Positions 31,697 through 42,682 of a DNA stretch of 64,000 nt are shown here, one piece after another. The translations under genes and the position numbers were made by a program. The stretch covers positions 281,798 to 345,797 of the forward strand of contig JBDRTG010000047.1 in NCBI GenBank assembly GCA_043824255.1, written 5' to 3'. Under the pieces are notes generated by a model. It saw nothing but the letters and a program-made list of their open reading frames with translations. It was not told the DNA's origin and ran no database searches. Source of the stretch: a bacterium. GTDB taxonomy: Bacteria > JAHJDO01. Every line of letters starts with the position of its first letter. Positions within the stretch are counted from its first letter, which is position 1.

Positions 31697-33274
31697 ATGC
31701 TAAGACACAAAGAAGTACACGAAAAACTTGTTGAAGCTGTCAACTCAGCTGTTGTTATTGATGCTCACACGCATATTCAGGATGATCTGCTGGATTTTGA
31801 CGAAAAACTGGCTGCAGACAGCAGTCTTTCCGGCACACAAGCTCCTTTTAATCGCTGGTTTCAGTCCAATATCGATGAAGGGCTCAGGCGTAAACGGCTT
31901 GTAAGACGAACCATGATGGATGCGACACATACCCTTTTTTACTCATGGTTTGCTGAAATTGCGGAAGGAGCGAATGCCCAATTGGACCATGCTATTAAGC
32001 TGATTGGCAATAATAATGAGGAACAAAGACGTGAAGCAGGGAAATTTGTTCTGAAAGAGCTTCGCGACAGCCGATACTCAGAGTATGCCGAGTGGCTGCG
32101 AATAATGTTCAGACTTTATGACGGAGTGACCGAAGAGGTTGATCCCCTGGACCCAGTGCATTTTGATATGGTTTATGATGCTGTCAAGCGCCAGCGGCAC
32201 GATCCGAAATTTGCGATGGGAGTGCTTGATAAAAATAATATTGCTGCATATGTGACAAGTATTGAGAATAGGGACAAGATACCCATACAAAGACCGGTTC
32301 ATCCAGATCAGGTAGATCTTGGCTATGCCACGCATGAGCGGGCTTGGACAATGTTTGACTTTAACTGGCTAGTATGGCCTGAAAGGGCAACTGATTTCGG
32401 GCTTTTCACACAGGGTTACAAATTTCAGGCGGAGAAATATTTGCTATATATGGAGGAAATCCTGCAATGTACAATCACCTCTGTTAAAGATCTACAGGAA
32501 GCGGTCAGGGGCTTTTTCTTCAAGATTCTCAAAAGCCCGAAAAGCAATCCACATAGCCGCTGCTTGTATGTTAATGGGCTGCAGCACGAGAATTTCCGTT
32601 TTAGCACGCCATATTCAGAAGCCACGGTCAATTATGCGATACGTCATCACAAGGATCAGCTCAATGGGGAAAACAAAAAACAGGTTATAGCATGTGTTGC
32701 AGACGCAATGCTCCAAACTATGAATGACATTGGAAAAGAATACAAGGAGCAAGGTGAACGGTTTGGCTGCTGCTTGCAGCTTTGCGGCGGCGTAACATAT
32801 TTCATGGACTGGGCAAGAGAGATCCAGTCATTTCCTGTTGCTATTGGGCGCCTTGCCCAGGATGAATATCCTGTCTGGACACAGTATCCCCATGTGCATT
32901 TTGAGTATATCTGCGCACATGAGACTATGTATAATGACATGGCTAATGCCGCAAAGCAGGTTGGAAATATCTCTGTAGGTCCGTGGTGGCACTATTTTCG
33001 CAGACACAAAATTGCACGTATGCTTTATGATCAACTCAGCATGGGACCGATATCGTCAATTGCCTGCGGTTTTACAGACGCCAGGTTTGTTGAGATGCTT
33101 GTTGCAAAATACAGGAGCATGCGCTTAGGAGTTGCAGATACACTTTCACTGCTGGTTGAAGACAGGTATTCTTCTCTTTATATGGATATGGATGCCGCCA
33201 AAGAGATTATAAGGGAGCTCCTTTTCACTAATCCCGCTGCAATTCATCATATCCCTGTTAATAATGACGTATGA
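31697..33274 (+). CDS. Divergent uronate isomerase-like amidohydrolase-fold protein
   Basis: IDAHTH metal motif, GPWWHY (cf. UxaC WWF), TDARF (cf. UxaC DSR). Confidence 0.6.
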   Translation: MLRHKEVHEKLVEAVNSAVVIDAHTHIQDDLLDFDEKLAADSSLSGTQAPFNRWFQSNIDEGLRRKRLVRRTMMDATHTLFYSWFAEIAEGANAQLDHAIKLIGNNNEEQRREAGKFVLKELRDSRYSEYAEWLRIMFRLYDGVTEEVDPLDPVHFDMVYDAVKRQRHDPKFAMGVLDKNNIAAYVTSIENRDKIPIQRPVHPDQVDLGYATHERAWTMFDFNWLVWPERATDFGLFTQGYKFQAEKYLLYMEEILQCTITSVKDLQEAVRGFFFKILKSPKSNPHSRCLYVNGLQHENFRFSTPYSEATVNYAIRHHKDQLNGENKKQVIACVADAMLQTMNDIGKEYKEQGERFGCCLQLCGGVTYFMDWAREIQSFPVAIGRLAQDEYPVWTQYPHVHFEYICAHETMYNDMANAAKQVGNISVGPWWHYFRRHKIARMLYDQLSMGPISSIACGFTDARFVEMLVAKYRSMRLGVADTLSLLVEDRYSSLYMDMDAAKEIIRELLFTNPAAIHHIPVNNDV

Positions 33275-34182
33275 AAAAAGTTAACTGTATTGGGATATTG
33301 GTTGTTGATGCTCTGGCCAAACCAATAGAGAAATATCCTGTGCCTGAAGAGCGTACCCAGGTAATTACTGACAGCATCCTGTTCTTGCCAGGAGGCGGGG
33401 CTGCCAATTCAGCAGCAGCCCTTGGCCAAATCGGTATTAATGTTAGTGTTTTTGCAAAAATAGGTCAGGATTCCAATGGTATATTTATTATTCAGGAGCT
33501 TAAAAAAAACAATGTTGTCACAGACGGGATTTGCATATCAAAGCATGATTCAACGCCATTCACGTTTGTAGGGATCCATTCAAATAATCAACGAACTTTT
33601 ATTCATACACCAGGTGCGAATAAAACTTTCTGTCTGAATGATATTGATCAGGAGAAACTGTTAGACTGTAATTATTTGCTTTATCAGGATCTATGGGTCC
33701 TGCCAAATATTGATGGCGCCCCTGGTGCAGAACTGTTGAAAAAAGCTCAAAGACGCGGAATTATAACCCTAGTTGATGAATGCTGGGGATTGGGGCCTGA
33801 CCGCCAGAAGTGGGAGACAATGGTTGCCTGCGCGCAGTATGTGCTGCCCAGCCTAGATGATATGAAAGCTATTTATCCTGATAAAGACAGGAAAGAAATA
33901 GCTGATTACCTTCTTGGACTTGGTTGTGAATACGTGATCCTTAAGATGGGCGCAGACGGTTGTCTTGTTTGTAATAAAGATAAAAAAGAGCATGTGCCGA
34001 CATCAGCACAGAAAATTGTAGATACAACTGGAGCAGGGGACTGCTTTAATGCAGGCTTTATTGCAGGACTTGTCAATGGCAGGAATCCGAAACAAGCAGC
34101 AGTCATTGGATCAAAAGCTGCAGCTGCGTGCATGAAAAATGTTGGCGGAGCAGTGGATATTCCGAAATTTGAAGAGTTATGA
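33271..34182 (+). CDS. PfkB family carbohydrate kinase
   Basis: GGGAANSA, DTTGAGDCFNAG. Confidence 0.92.
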   Translation: MKKVNCIGILVVDALAKPIEKYPVPEERTQVITDSILFLPGGGAANSAAALGQIGINVSVFAKIGQDSNGIFIIQELKKNNVVTDGICISKHDSTPFTFVGIHSNNQRTFIHTPGANKTFCLNDIDQEKLLDCNYLLYQDLWVLPNIDGAPGAELLKKAQRRGIITLVDECWGLGPDRQKWETMVACAQYVLPSLDDMKAIYPDKDRKEIADYLLGLGCEYVILKMGADGCLVCNKDKKEHVPTSAQKIVDTTGAGDCFNAGFIAGLVNGRNPKQAAVIGSKAAAACMKNVGGAVDIPKFEEL

Positions 34183-34250
34183 AAATAGGAGGAAGAAGGA
34201 AAAGAGTACAAACCATATATAGTTTAGGTTAGAGGAGAAGATATACGAAT

Positions 34251-35375
34251 ATGGCACATCTTTATCCAGAGCAGCGCATAGGTAGTTACGGTTTGGTAAT
34301 TGGTTTTAGTCATAAATTTCTAAATATGAAATTTGGCGTGGATCTTGGCCTAAAATATCACAAAGATATTGCATATCGAGTTCAGACAAACATGGAACTG
34401 GACCGGCAGGTATATAAAGAATATGGGAGTATCGGGCTCGGATTTGAGAATCCTTTCCCACGAGTTACTGTTGAACCATACGGTCATAATTTTTTTAATG
34501 CAATGTATGGCGCTGAATGCATCTATAAGCCTGATGATGAAGTATGGGCAAATGACCTCAATTACTCAGAGGATGAGGTCTACACTCTTAAGCCATGGAA
34601 TATCGACAAATTTGAAAAGATGCTCCCTGTACGTGAAGTACTCGCTCAGACCAAGTACCTTCAGGAACATTATGACCTGCAAAAAATACGCAAAACTGAG
34701 AAATTTCTGCCTCATTTCCGAATCATGAGTAGTATACCTAATCCTGGCTCTGTTATTACAGCAGGAATGGCTGTGCGAGGCAATGAACTCCTCATGGACT
34801 ATATGCTTAACCCGCAATTGGTGTATAAATTGTTTGATAACATTTTACAACTTACGTTTTTATGCTATGAATTCTTTCATGATTTTGACAACATTCCTCT
34901 AAATAACCTGCTCATAGGCAATTGCCCTGTTTCCATGCTTTCACCTGATAACTATATGGATTTTAATTATAAATATGACCTCCAGATCGCTAACTACGCA
35001 AGAGAAATAAAAGCTGCGCTTACACTTCATCAAGACTCTGATGTCAGTCCGCACCTTGAGAATTATGCAAAACTTGGGCATGTTCAGGTTTTGGATTTTG
35101 GGCAGGATACAGATTGGAAGAAGGCCGCACAGCTTTTCCCGGGAGTAGATGCCACTTGTCTTTTGTTCCCGAGTTGGATATATGAACACTCTTTGGAGGA
35201 TATTGAGGAAGAACTTATGAGAATCATGCGTATAGGACGTTCATTCAACTCTTTCTCATTTGCAATTCTTGATGTAGATCATTTTATTGGAGAGAAAAGA
35301 ATATTTGAATTTTACGAGATATTTGTTCGTTGCAGTGAAAAACACAAGATAGTCCAATGGAATCAAAGAAAATGA
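34251..35375 (+). CDS. UroD/MetE-like barrel protein (divergent)
   Basis: RGNELLMDY..NP..V, SMLSP..Y.DF, LHQD in place of HxC. Confidence 0.5.
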   Translation: MAHLYPEQRIGSYGLVIGFSHKFLNMKFGVDLGLKYHKDIAYRVQTNMELDRQVYKEYGSIGLGFENPFPRVTVEPYGHNFFNAMYGAECIYKPDDEVWANDLNYSEDEVYTLKPWNIDKFEKMLPVREVLAQTKYLQEHYDLQKIRKTEKFLPHFRIMSSIPNPGSVITAGMAVRGNELLMDYMLNPQLVYKLFDNILQLTFLCYEFFHDFDNIPLNNLLIGNCPVSMLSPDNYMDFNYKYDLQIANYAREIKAALTLHQDSDVSPHLENYAKLGHVQVLDFGQDTDWKKAAQLFPGVDATCLLFPSWIYEHSLEDIEEELMRIMRIGRSFNSFSFAILDVDHFIGEKRIFEFYEIFVRCSEKHKIVQWNQRK

Positions 35376-37306
35376 ATGTTGGTTTTATTGTCAGGGATTT
35401 TATCAATAAACATTTGCTGCCAGAGCTCCAGATTAAGAAGAGCCCAGAGCCTGTATCCATGATCATAGCGCCCACTGGTGTGTTCATTAATGATTAATTT
35501 TAGATATTTTGTCTGAAAATATCCTCTCTCCAGGCAATGTCTTGAAAGAAGCACGTCTTGAAGATACTCCTTAAGCTCATTTCTGAACCAATGACTGATA
35601 GGCACTCCAAACCCCATTTTATTGCGTCTGAGTATGGGTGTGGGAACAAGTTCTGAAAACGCCTTTTTTAGAATATACTTGCTAGTAAGCCCTTTTAACT
35701 TAAGATTAGATGGAATACAAGCGGCAAACTCCATGAATTTATGGTCAAGAAAAGGAGAACGCGCCTCCAGGGAATTTGCCATTGCAGCTATATCCATTTT
35801 TACAAGCAAGTCCCCGGGAAGGTATGTCATAATATCAACAAAAAGTGTGCTGCCCAGAAAATCATCGTCTTTACTATTGTCGTAATAATTTCCCGCATAA
35901 CTAAATGCGTCAATCCCTTGAACCGCTTCCCTAAAGAATGAAGTGTAAAGATCCTCTTTTCTTTCATTATCAAAGATAGATATCCAGCGGATATATCTGC
36001 GTTCCTGCGAATAATCCATAGATTCGGCAAATCTTCTGAAACGACGAAGCACTGTTTTTTGTTCCGGAGAATAGGGAATCTTTCTTACAATACTATTAAT
36101 CATATTACGTATACACTGAGGAGATTTCTCATAATACTCAGCTAATTTTACAGCCTTATAACGTGGATACCCTGCAAAACTCTCATCCCCACCATCTCCA
36201 TTCAAAGCAACTGTTACATCCTGGCTGGTCATCTTTGCAACATAGTAAGTAGGGACTGCAGACGAATCTGCAAAAGGCTCATTATAATGCCATATGAGCT
36301 TAGGCAGAATATCAAGAGCATTCGGCTTTACAATATATTCATGATGATCGGTTTTAAAATGATTCGCAACGATTCGTGCATAGTTAAGTTCATTATATTT
36401 CTCTTCCTGAAATCCTATTGAAAAAGTTTTGACCGGTTCTCTCATCAGCTTACTCATAACACCAACTACAATACTTGAGTCAAGACCTCCACTCAAGAAA
36501 GCGCCTAAAGGCACATCACTAACAAGTCTAAGCTTTACTGACTCTTCAAACAAGTTTCTAATACGTAAGCAATATTCATCCTCTGACATTTTAAGCTTAT
36601 TTTTTATGTTTAAGTTCCAGTATTGTTCAACTGAAACTTTTCCATTTTCCCACAACAGGTAATGAGCAGGAGGCAACTTGAAGATGCCTTTAAAAGCGGT
36701 TAGGGGACATGGAACGTATTGATAAGTAAGATAATTGTGAATGGCTTCTATGTTTACTTGTCTGGGAACTTGTTTTACTTGTAAAATTGATTTTATCTCA
36801 GAAGCAAAAACTAGTTTATTGTCATACTCCGCATAACACAAAGGCTTCTGCCCTATTCTATCTCTTGCTAAAAGAAGACTCTTCTTTCCCTCATTCCATA
36901 TAGCAAGAGCAAACATACCCCGCAGGAACCGTAAACACTCAACACCATATTCCTCATATAAATGAACAATAACCTCAACGTCGCTGTGTGTATAAAAACA
37001 ATGTCCTTTAGCTTCTAAATCTTTTCTTAGTTCATGGAAATTATAAATCTCTCCATTACACACAATCCATATTGTTCTCTCTTCATTATGAATTGGCTGA
37101 TGCCCTGTATCCAGATCAATAATGGCAAGCCGCCTTATACCAAGCCCTATATTCTTTCTGCCATCTTTTCCCCAGCCAAGGTATATTCCCTCATCATCAG
37201 GCCCTCTATGCTTTAACACAGAGCACATATTTCGTATTGTTTCTTCCTTAATATTGCCTTCAGACCTTTCAGGTCTTACACTTAAAATTCCGCAAATTCC
37301 ACACAT
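35363..37306 (-). CDS. asnB: Asparagine synthase-like glutamine amidotransferase
   Basis: MCGICG, HRGPD, NGEIYN, LSGGLDSS, GDGGDE, KMGFGVP. Confidence 0.93.
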   Translation of the reverse strand: MCGICGILSVRPERSEGNIKEETIRNMCSVLKHRGPDDEGIYLGWGKDGRKNIGLGIRRLAIIDLDTGHQPIHNEERTIWIVCNGEIYNFHELRKDLEAKGHCFYTHSDVEVIVHLYEEYGVECLRFLRGMFALAIWNEGKKSLLLARDRIGQKPLCYAEYDNKLVFASEIKSILQVKQVPRQVNIEAIHNYLTYQYVPCPLTAFKGIFKLPPAHYLLWENGKVSVEQYWNLNIKNKLKMSEDEYCLRIRNLFEESVKLRLVSDVPLGAFLSGGLDSSIVVGVMSKLMREPVKTFSIGFQEEKYNELNYARIVANHFKTDHHEYIVKPNALDILPKLIWHYNEPFADSSAVPTYYVAKMTSQDVTVALNGDGGDESFAGYPRYKAVKLAEYYEKSPQCIRNMINSIVRKIPYSPEQKTVLRRFRRFAESMDYSQERRYIRWISIFDNERKEDLYTSFFREAVQGIDAFSYAGNYYDNSKDDDFLGSTLFVDIMTYLPGDLLVKMDIAAMANSLEARSPFLDHKFMEFAACIPSNLKLKGLTSKYILKKAFSELVPTPILRRNKMGFGVPISHWFRNELKEYLQDVLLSRHCLERGYFQTKYLKLIINEHTSGRYDHGYRLWALLNLELWQQMFIDKIPDNKTNIHFL

Positions 37307-37319
37307 AATTTGTATTTTT

Positions 37320-39191
37320 TTATGTTTTTTTAAACACGAATTGATTACATCCTATTGACTTTGTTCTAATTCCATTAATCAGAATAAAATCTCTCTTTTT
37401 CAAAAAAGAAACAATCTCATCAAAGTCCGCATATTCGTAAGGAAATCCACCAGCCCAATCAACTGCATCATAATAGATTGACATACCACGCTTTTCCCGA
37501 AAAGGATGTTTTAACTTCATCAACCTTGTTAAAACTCGTGGAAGAAAAACAGAGAACACCATTATCTTTTGGATAATCTTTCCTCTTCTATTATAAAATT
37601 TCTTGAATCTAAGCCAAAAACCAGATGCCCAATGACGATTATAAATTGCTAAAGCAAATAAGCCTTCTTTCTTCACCAACTTAGTGCTGTTGTCTATAGC
37701 TTTCCACATATCACCCGTATGATGAAGCACTCCCCACGCATAAACAATATCTGCCTTCCCAAGATTATTGAGAAAATCTTTGTCTAATATTGACCCCTTC
37801 AATACGGACCAGTGTTTTGCATTATTTATACGTTTAATTATGTTGCAGGCTTCTACACTCTTTTGATCATTATCTAAACTTATTACTTCCTGTGCATTCA
37901 TATCTATAGCAGCCAAAGAAAAAATTCCGCTTCCGCATCCAATATCTATGAAGGATTTTCCTTTTAAACTTTTTACTCCCAACAACTCCCGCAAAGAAAG
38001 TTTGACTTCTCTTAGGTTCTCTTTATTAAAGGTCTTAATATATTCCAACCAGTTTCCTCCAAACGAAAAAGGTGCAAATTTTTTCTGAAGGAGATGTTCG
38101 TAAATTTGCTCTGTTTTTTCTACTGTTAAATTAATATCAAAATATTTCTCTACACGTCTTCTTCCAGCAAGTCCCATTCTTCTTGCTTCTTCCTTATTTC
38201 TCAATAATCTAATAATACCCTCTGCTAAAGCTTTTGGATTTTTAGGAGGAATAAGTATGCCTGTTTCTCCATCCCTTACTACCTCTGGTATTCCTCCAAC
38301 ATTAGTAGCCACAACAGGTTTGGCCATTGCCATTGCCTCGAGAACAGCAATACCCAGAGCTTCAGAGATCGAGCATAATACAAATACATTTATAATGGAG
38401 AGAATATTAGCAATATCCCGTCTGAAACCAGTAAATATAACTTTTTTGCTAAGACCGATTTTTTTTACAAGAGACTCTAGTTTACCCCTTAGCTCGCCAT
38501 CTCCAACTATTAAGAATCGCACCTCAGGTATTTCCTTTATTATGTATTCCGCCGATCTCAAGAAGGTTTCATGGTCCTTTGCAGGGTCGAGCCGCGCAAT
38601 AATGCCAACAACAGGGAATCTTCTAGCTATCTTAAGCTCATCTTTAAGCTTTATGTTCTCTACACATGTATTAAATTCATTCACATCTATTCCGTTGTGA
38701 ATTGCGATAATTTTCTCATGAGGTATTTTCTCTATTCTTTCAACCGATTCTTTTAAATTATCAGATACTGTTATTATTTTGTCCGTGCATTTTAATAATA
38801 ATTTATCTACGAAAATCTGGTGTCTTAATGATGAATAAAATGCCCCGTGCTCCTCTGCAATAATAACTGGAACTCCAGCCATCCAGGCAGCCCCTCTGCC
38901 CCAAGTATTAGAAGTAAACATCCATGTATGAACTAAATCTATTTTCTTCTGCCTGATTAAACGAGTTAATTTAAAAATAACAGTAAAATCAAATTTGAAT
39001 CTTTTATAGAGAATATGATATTCAATACCAAACTTTTTTAAATCCTTCTCCAGAGGTCCTCCACGTGTTATACAGCAGACTGTAACATTATACTTATTCT
39101 TATTCAGCCTTTTTACCAGCTCTACAAGCTGCCTTTCCGCTCCGCCAATATCCAGAGTGGCGATAATTTGAAGAATATTAATTTTTTTCAT
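37320..39191 (-). CDS. GT4 glycosyltransferase fused to a class I SAM methyltransferase
   Basis: GGAERQ, EALGIAVLEAMA; then FSFGGNW, DIGCGSG, WGVLHHTG. Confidence 0.88.
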   Translation of the reverse strand: MKKINILQIIATLDIGGAERQLVELVKRLNKNKYNVTVCCITRGGPLEKDLKKFGIEYHILYKRFKFDFTVIFKLTRLIRQKKIDLVHTWMFTSNTWGRGAAWMAGVPVIIAEEHGAFYSSLRHQIFVDKLLLKCTDKIITVSDNLKESVERIEKIPHEKIIAIHNGIDVNEFNTCVENIKLKDELKIARRFPVVGIIARLDPAKDHETFLRSAEYIIKEIPEVRFLIVGDGELRGKLESLVKKIGLSKKVIFTGFRRDIANILSIINVFVLCSISEALGIAVLEAMAMAKPVVATNVGGIPEVVRDGETGILIPPKNPKALAEGIIRLLRNKEEARRMGLAGRRRVEKYFDINLTVEKTEQIYEHLLQKKFAPFSFGGNWLEYIKTFNKENLREVKLSLRELLGVKSLKGKSFIDIGCGSGIFSLAAIDMNAQEVISLDNDQKSVEACNIIKRINNAKHWSVLKGSILDKDFLNNLGKADIVYAWGVLHHTGDMWKAIDNSTKLVKKEGLFALAIYNRHWASGFWLRFKKFYNRRGKIIQKIMVFSVFLPRVLTRLMKLKHPFREKRGMSIYYDAVDWAGGFPYEYADFDEIVSFLKKRDFILINGIRTKSIGCNQFVFKKT

Positions 39192-40204
39192 ACCCTTTTC
39201 AGTACATTCCCTAAATATTTACCGAAACCTATATTTATACCAAAAACTAATATTACCGCTACAATTAACTGTTTTAATCCATTTAATTCCCCAAAACTAT
39301 TTATAATAAAGTTCACTGATAATGTTTTATTTGATAAGTTTCTCGCTTTATTTATCTCTCCCCTTTTTAATAAATTTTTTACCAAAACAACATTGTCCAA
39401 CTTCTTGTAATATTCATATTGCTCCCAGAATCTTTTTTCTATTTTTACAGTGAGCGCTGGTGATTTAGCAAAATGATCCATTACAAAGAAAAAATCTGCT
39501 CTTTCTGTGCGCTTATTCCAGTAAAGAAGTGTCCCCGAACTACTACTAATTCTATATTTCATCAGTCTTTCATCTAAAATAGCAATTGGGTGTCTTTCTA
39601 ATATCCTCAGCCACATATCTAAATCAGCAGATGTCCCAAACTGCTCATCGTTGAAAGGCGCTAACTCTTTATATATTTCACTTTTAACCATAGCGCTTGG
39701 GCACATCAAGAAATTTCCATTTCTTAATGTTGAAATAAATATTTCAGAAAAATAATAAACTCCTTTGCCCTTCAATTTAACTGGCAATTTATGCTCCCCA
39801 ATCACTTCACCCCGATCATTGATGTAATTAGCTATGGTAAAGACGGCACCGATAGATGGGTTATCTTGAAAAGCTTGCACCTGCTTCTCTACCATATCCG
39901 GCATATATAAATCATTAGCATGAAATATAGCAATATATTCACCGTTGGCTAATTCAATACATCTACTCCAATTCTTTTCCGCACCTATATTTTTGCTATT
40001 CTTATAAATCTTTATCCTCGGGTCTCTAAACTTCTGTAAGATGGCTGAAGTGTCATCTGTAGAATCGTTATCAACGATAATGACTTCTAAGTTCTGATAC
40101 GTTTGGTTGATAATAGATTGAAGAGTACTCACCACCGTTTTTTCAGCGTTGTATGCGGGAATACAGATACTCACCAAGGGCTTTTTATTTTGATATGCCG
40201 ACAT
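39188..40204 (-). CDS. GT2 family glycosyltransferase
   Basis: VSICIPAYN, IVDNDSTD, FHAND. Confidence 0.9.
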   Translation of the reverse strand: MSAYQNKKPLVSICIPAYNAEKTVVSTLQSIINQTYQNLEVIIVDNDSTDDTSAILQKFRDPRIKIYKNSKNIGAEKNWSRCIELANGEYIAIFHANDLYMPDMVEKQVQAFQDNPSIGAVFTIANYINDRGEVIGEHKLPVKLKGKGVYYFSEIFISTLRNGNFLMCPSAMVKSEIYKELAPFNDEQFGTSADLDMWLRILERHPIAILDERLMKYRISSSSGTLLYWNKRTERADFFFVMDHFAKSPALTVKIEKRFWEQYEYYKKLDNVVLVKNLLKRGEINKARNLSNKTLSVNFIINSFGELNGLKQLIVAVILVFGINIGFGKYLGNVLKRV

Positions 40205-41678
40205 AGTTCAGAACCCTCTTTACAGATTCTTCCAATTCTAAAAATTTGTATGCTATCAAAATGAATGACAAAAACAAAACTGTCTTTAGCCCTATACTTA
40301 CCAGCGCATTGACGTTTAAACAAGACACAAATAAGACGAAAGCAAGAAAACATAAAGAGATTGACACCGATTTAAAGATAAATCTATAATCGTAGTTTAT
40401 AAAAACTAATTTCTGAGTATACGCAAAAATCAATGTAAACTGTAAAGCATAGCTCAGCAGTGTTGCTACTGCCGCACCATACATTCCATAAATAGGAATT
40501 AAGATAAAGTTCAGTCCGATATTTAGAAAAACGGAAATAGAAGTAAATAAAAATATTTTGCCTGTTTTTTCTTTCATAATAAGCGTAGCACCAAGGAAAT
40601 TAGTTGCTCCCCATAAAATTATTCCAAGCAACACAATTCCGATAATATTGTAGCCTTCCATATATTCTGCTCCGATGAACAATTTATAAGCCTCCTTTAA
40701 AATAACAAAATAAGCAATCGCTATACTAAATATCACTACCCAGTAATACTTAAAAACCCTGCTCATATTTTTTTTGTATTCATCTCGCGACCTAACAAAT
40801 TGCTCAAAAAGAATAGGAGATAACGCTTGTCCGAAAGGAGTTACTATAAAACTATTAATAATCCCTGAAAATCCATACCCAACACTATAGATACCGACAA
40901 TCGCCAATCCAACATATAAATTCAATACGTATCTATCTGCCCATGTTAAAAGCATTAGCAGTAAAGCATCCGGCACTAAAGGCAAACCTAATTTTAGTAA
41001 ATTCTTCAGATTAACTAATGCAATAACATTTTTTTTGTGCGGCGTATAATTAAAAATAAAAAATCTCAATCCAATAAGCGATAAGATAAGATAAGAAATC
41101 AAATATGCTTTTAAATAAGAGACGAATCCAGATTCCAAGACTATTAAATAGACGAAACTTGATATTATGAGCGATGCATTAAAAACTAACTTCACATAAA
41201 AATAAATCTTGGGTTTTTTATGTACCATCAGGATATAAGTATAAAAGTCTCCAAAAATCATAAACAAGATCAATAGGAAGACCACATTCAAATCTGATGT
41301 TGCTATCTGTATCCCCAATATTTTTTGAAACAATGAAGGAAATGATAAAAAAACAAAATAGACCAGACTAAATACAATCAAATTATAGACAAAAATAGAA
41401 TAGATATTCCTTGTGTTCTCTTCTTTTGAAACTTTATAAAACTTTATAAAAAAAGCTGTACTCAATTTACCATTTATTAGTGTAGAAGCGATAATTACAA
41501 ATATCCATATCAGAGATATTTTACCGAAATCTGCGGGCGGTAAAAGTTTTGTATATAGGGCAAGAATGCCGAAACTGGTAAGTGCACTTATTGCCTGAGA
41601 TAAAGAATAGAAACTAAAGGCTTTTGCTAAATAATTTTGAGATATAAAATTGAAGATTTTGGCATTTCTGACATTCAT
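40185..41678 (-). CDS. wzx: Wzx flippase
   Basis: LPPADFG, ADRY, VGIYS, YGMYGAAVAT; many transmembrane segments. Confidence 0.85.
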   Translation of the reverse strand: MNVRNAKIFNFISQNYLAKAFSFYSLSQAISALTSFGILALYTKLLPPADFGKISLIWIFVIIASTLINGKLSTAFFIKFYKVSKEENTRNIYSIFVYNLIVFSLVYFVFLSFPSLFQKILGIQIATSDLNVVFLLILFMIFGDFYTYILMVHKKPKIYFYVKLVFNASLIISSFVYLIVLESGFVSYLKAYLISYLILSLIGLRFFIFNYTPHKKNVIALVNLKNLLKLGLPLVPDALLLMLLTWADRYVLNLYVGLAIVGIYSVGYGFSGIINSFIVTPFGQALSPILFEQFVRSRDEYKKNMSRVFKYYWVVIFSIAIAYFVILKEAYKLFIGAEYMEGYNIIGIVLLGIILWGATNFLGATLIMKEKTGKIFLFTSISVFLNIGLNFILIPIYGMYGAAVATLLSYALQFTLIFAYTQKLVFINYDYRFIFKSVSISLCFLAFVLFVSCLNVNALVSIGLKTVLFLSFILIAYKFLELEESVKRVLNYVGISK

Positions 41679-42682
41679 CTGGTTATATCGCTCACAATTT
41701 CATTGATTAAAGTATCTGCAAAACATTCTGCACTGAAAGGATATATTTTATCGCTTTTGATAAAATCCTTTATGGCATCTAAATAATCTATATACTCTTT
41801 ATCAGGCATATTTTTGAGATAATTATAGAGTTCTTCATAGGTTTTAAAATTTCTTTTATCGATAAAGGTGTTTGCTGTTATGTGTTCTGTCACATTTGAA
41901 GCGCCTAAGTAGATAGGCACACAGCCGGCAAAGAAACAATCAAAAATCTTTTCGGTAATATAACCGGGAATCTTTCCTGCATTTTCATAACAAATAGCAA
42001 ACTTATATTTTTTGTAAACTTCTCTTTTTGATTCAACTCTCCCTTTATATGAAGGATATCTTGGCCTTAAGAGCTTAGTCAAAGCATCAAACCTGTTAAG
42101 TCTTGATAATTGACCATTGAAATAATATTTGTCCCAACCCATGCCATATAGATCAAAATCTTCCGGATGGTTCTGCTCAAACCAGCGAATCGCTTTCACT
42201 CTTTCGGTGTATAATTCCAAGGGGTGGAATACAAATTTATGCCCAGCTATCATTGTGCAAAATTTGGTCTTTTTGTTTATGTCAAAATTTAAATCCGTAG
42301 GTATTCTGTTGGCGACGTTTATTTTAAAATATTTTTTATTATCTATGAATTGATCGTTCCACGTAAAAATCTTTTTGAAATATTTGTGGTTTTCTATACC
42401 CCAATTCTCAGGTCTGATAACCTCAGATTCAAATAATAAAAGATATAATTCTTTGCCACATACAATGTCTCTGATTTTAGGCATCTCACTATAAATAACA
42501 AACTGGGATTCCTGAGGTGAATTAATATCCTGCGTACTCAAATCAATACACTTTTCTTTGAATTTTTTCTTCAGCAAATAAAATCCATAAATGCCATCAT
42601 TGGAATTTGTCACTTTATCGTATATATCAAATTGTCGATTATTTAGATAAAAGGAACTGGTATAAAATGTTACTTTAATCAT
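41675..42682 (-). CDS. GT10 (alpha-1,3-fucosyltransferase-like) glycosyltransferase
   Basis: YKFAICYEN...GYITEKIFD...GCVPIYLG. Confidence 0.85.
   Translation of the reverse strand: MIKVTFYTSSFYLNNRQFDIYDKVTNSNDGIYGFYLLKKKFKEKCIDLSTQDINSPQESQFVIYSEMPKIRDIVCGKELYLLLFESEVIRPENWGIENHKYFKKIFTWNDQFIDNKKYFKINVANRIPTDLNFDINKKTKFCTMIAGHKFVFHPLELYTERVKAIRWFEQNHPEDFDLYGMGWDKYYFNGQLSRLNRFDALTKLLRPRYPSYKGRVESKREVYKKYKFAICYENAGKIPGYITEKIFDCFFAGCVPIYLGASNVTEHITANTFIDKRNFKTYEELYNYLKNMPDKEYIDYLDAIKDFIKSDKIYPFSAECFADTLINEIVSDITR

Noticed and set aside
35363..35375. Convergent 3' overlaps (also 5683-5693)
   Set aside because: Short tail-to-tail overlaps are common in compact genomes.
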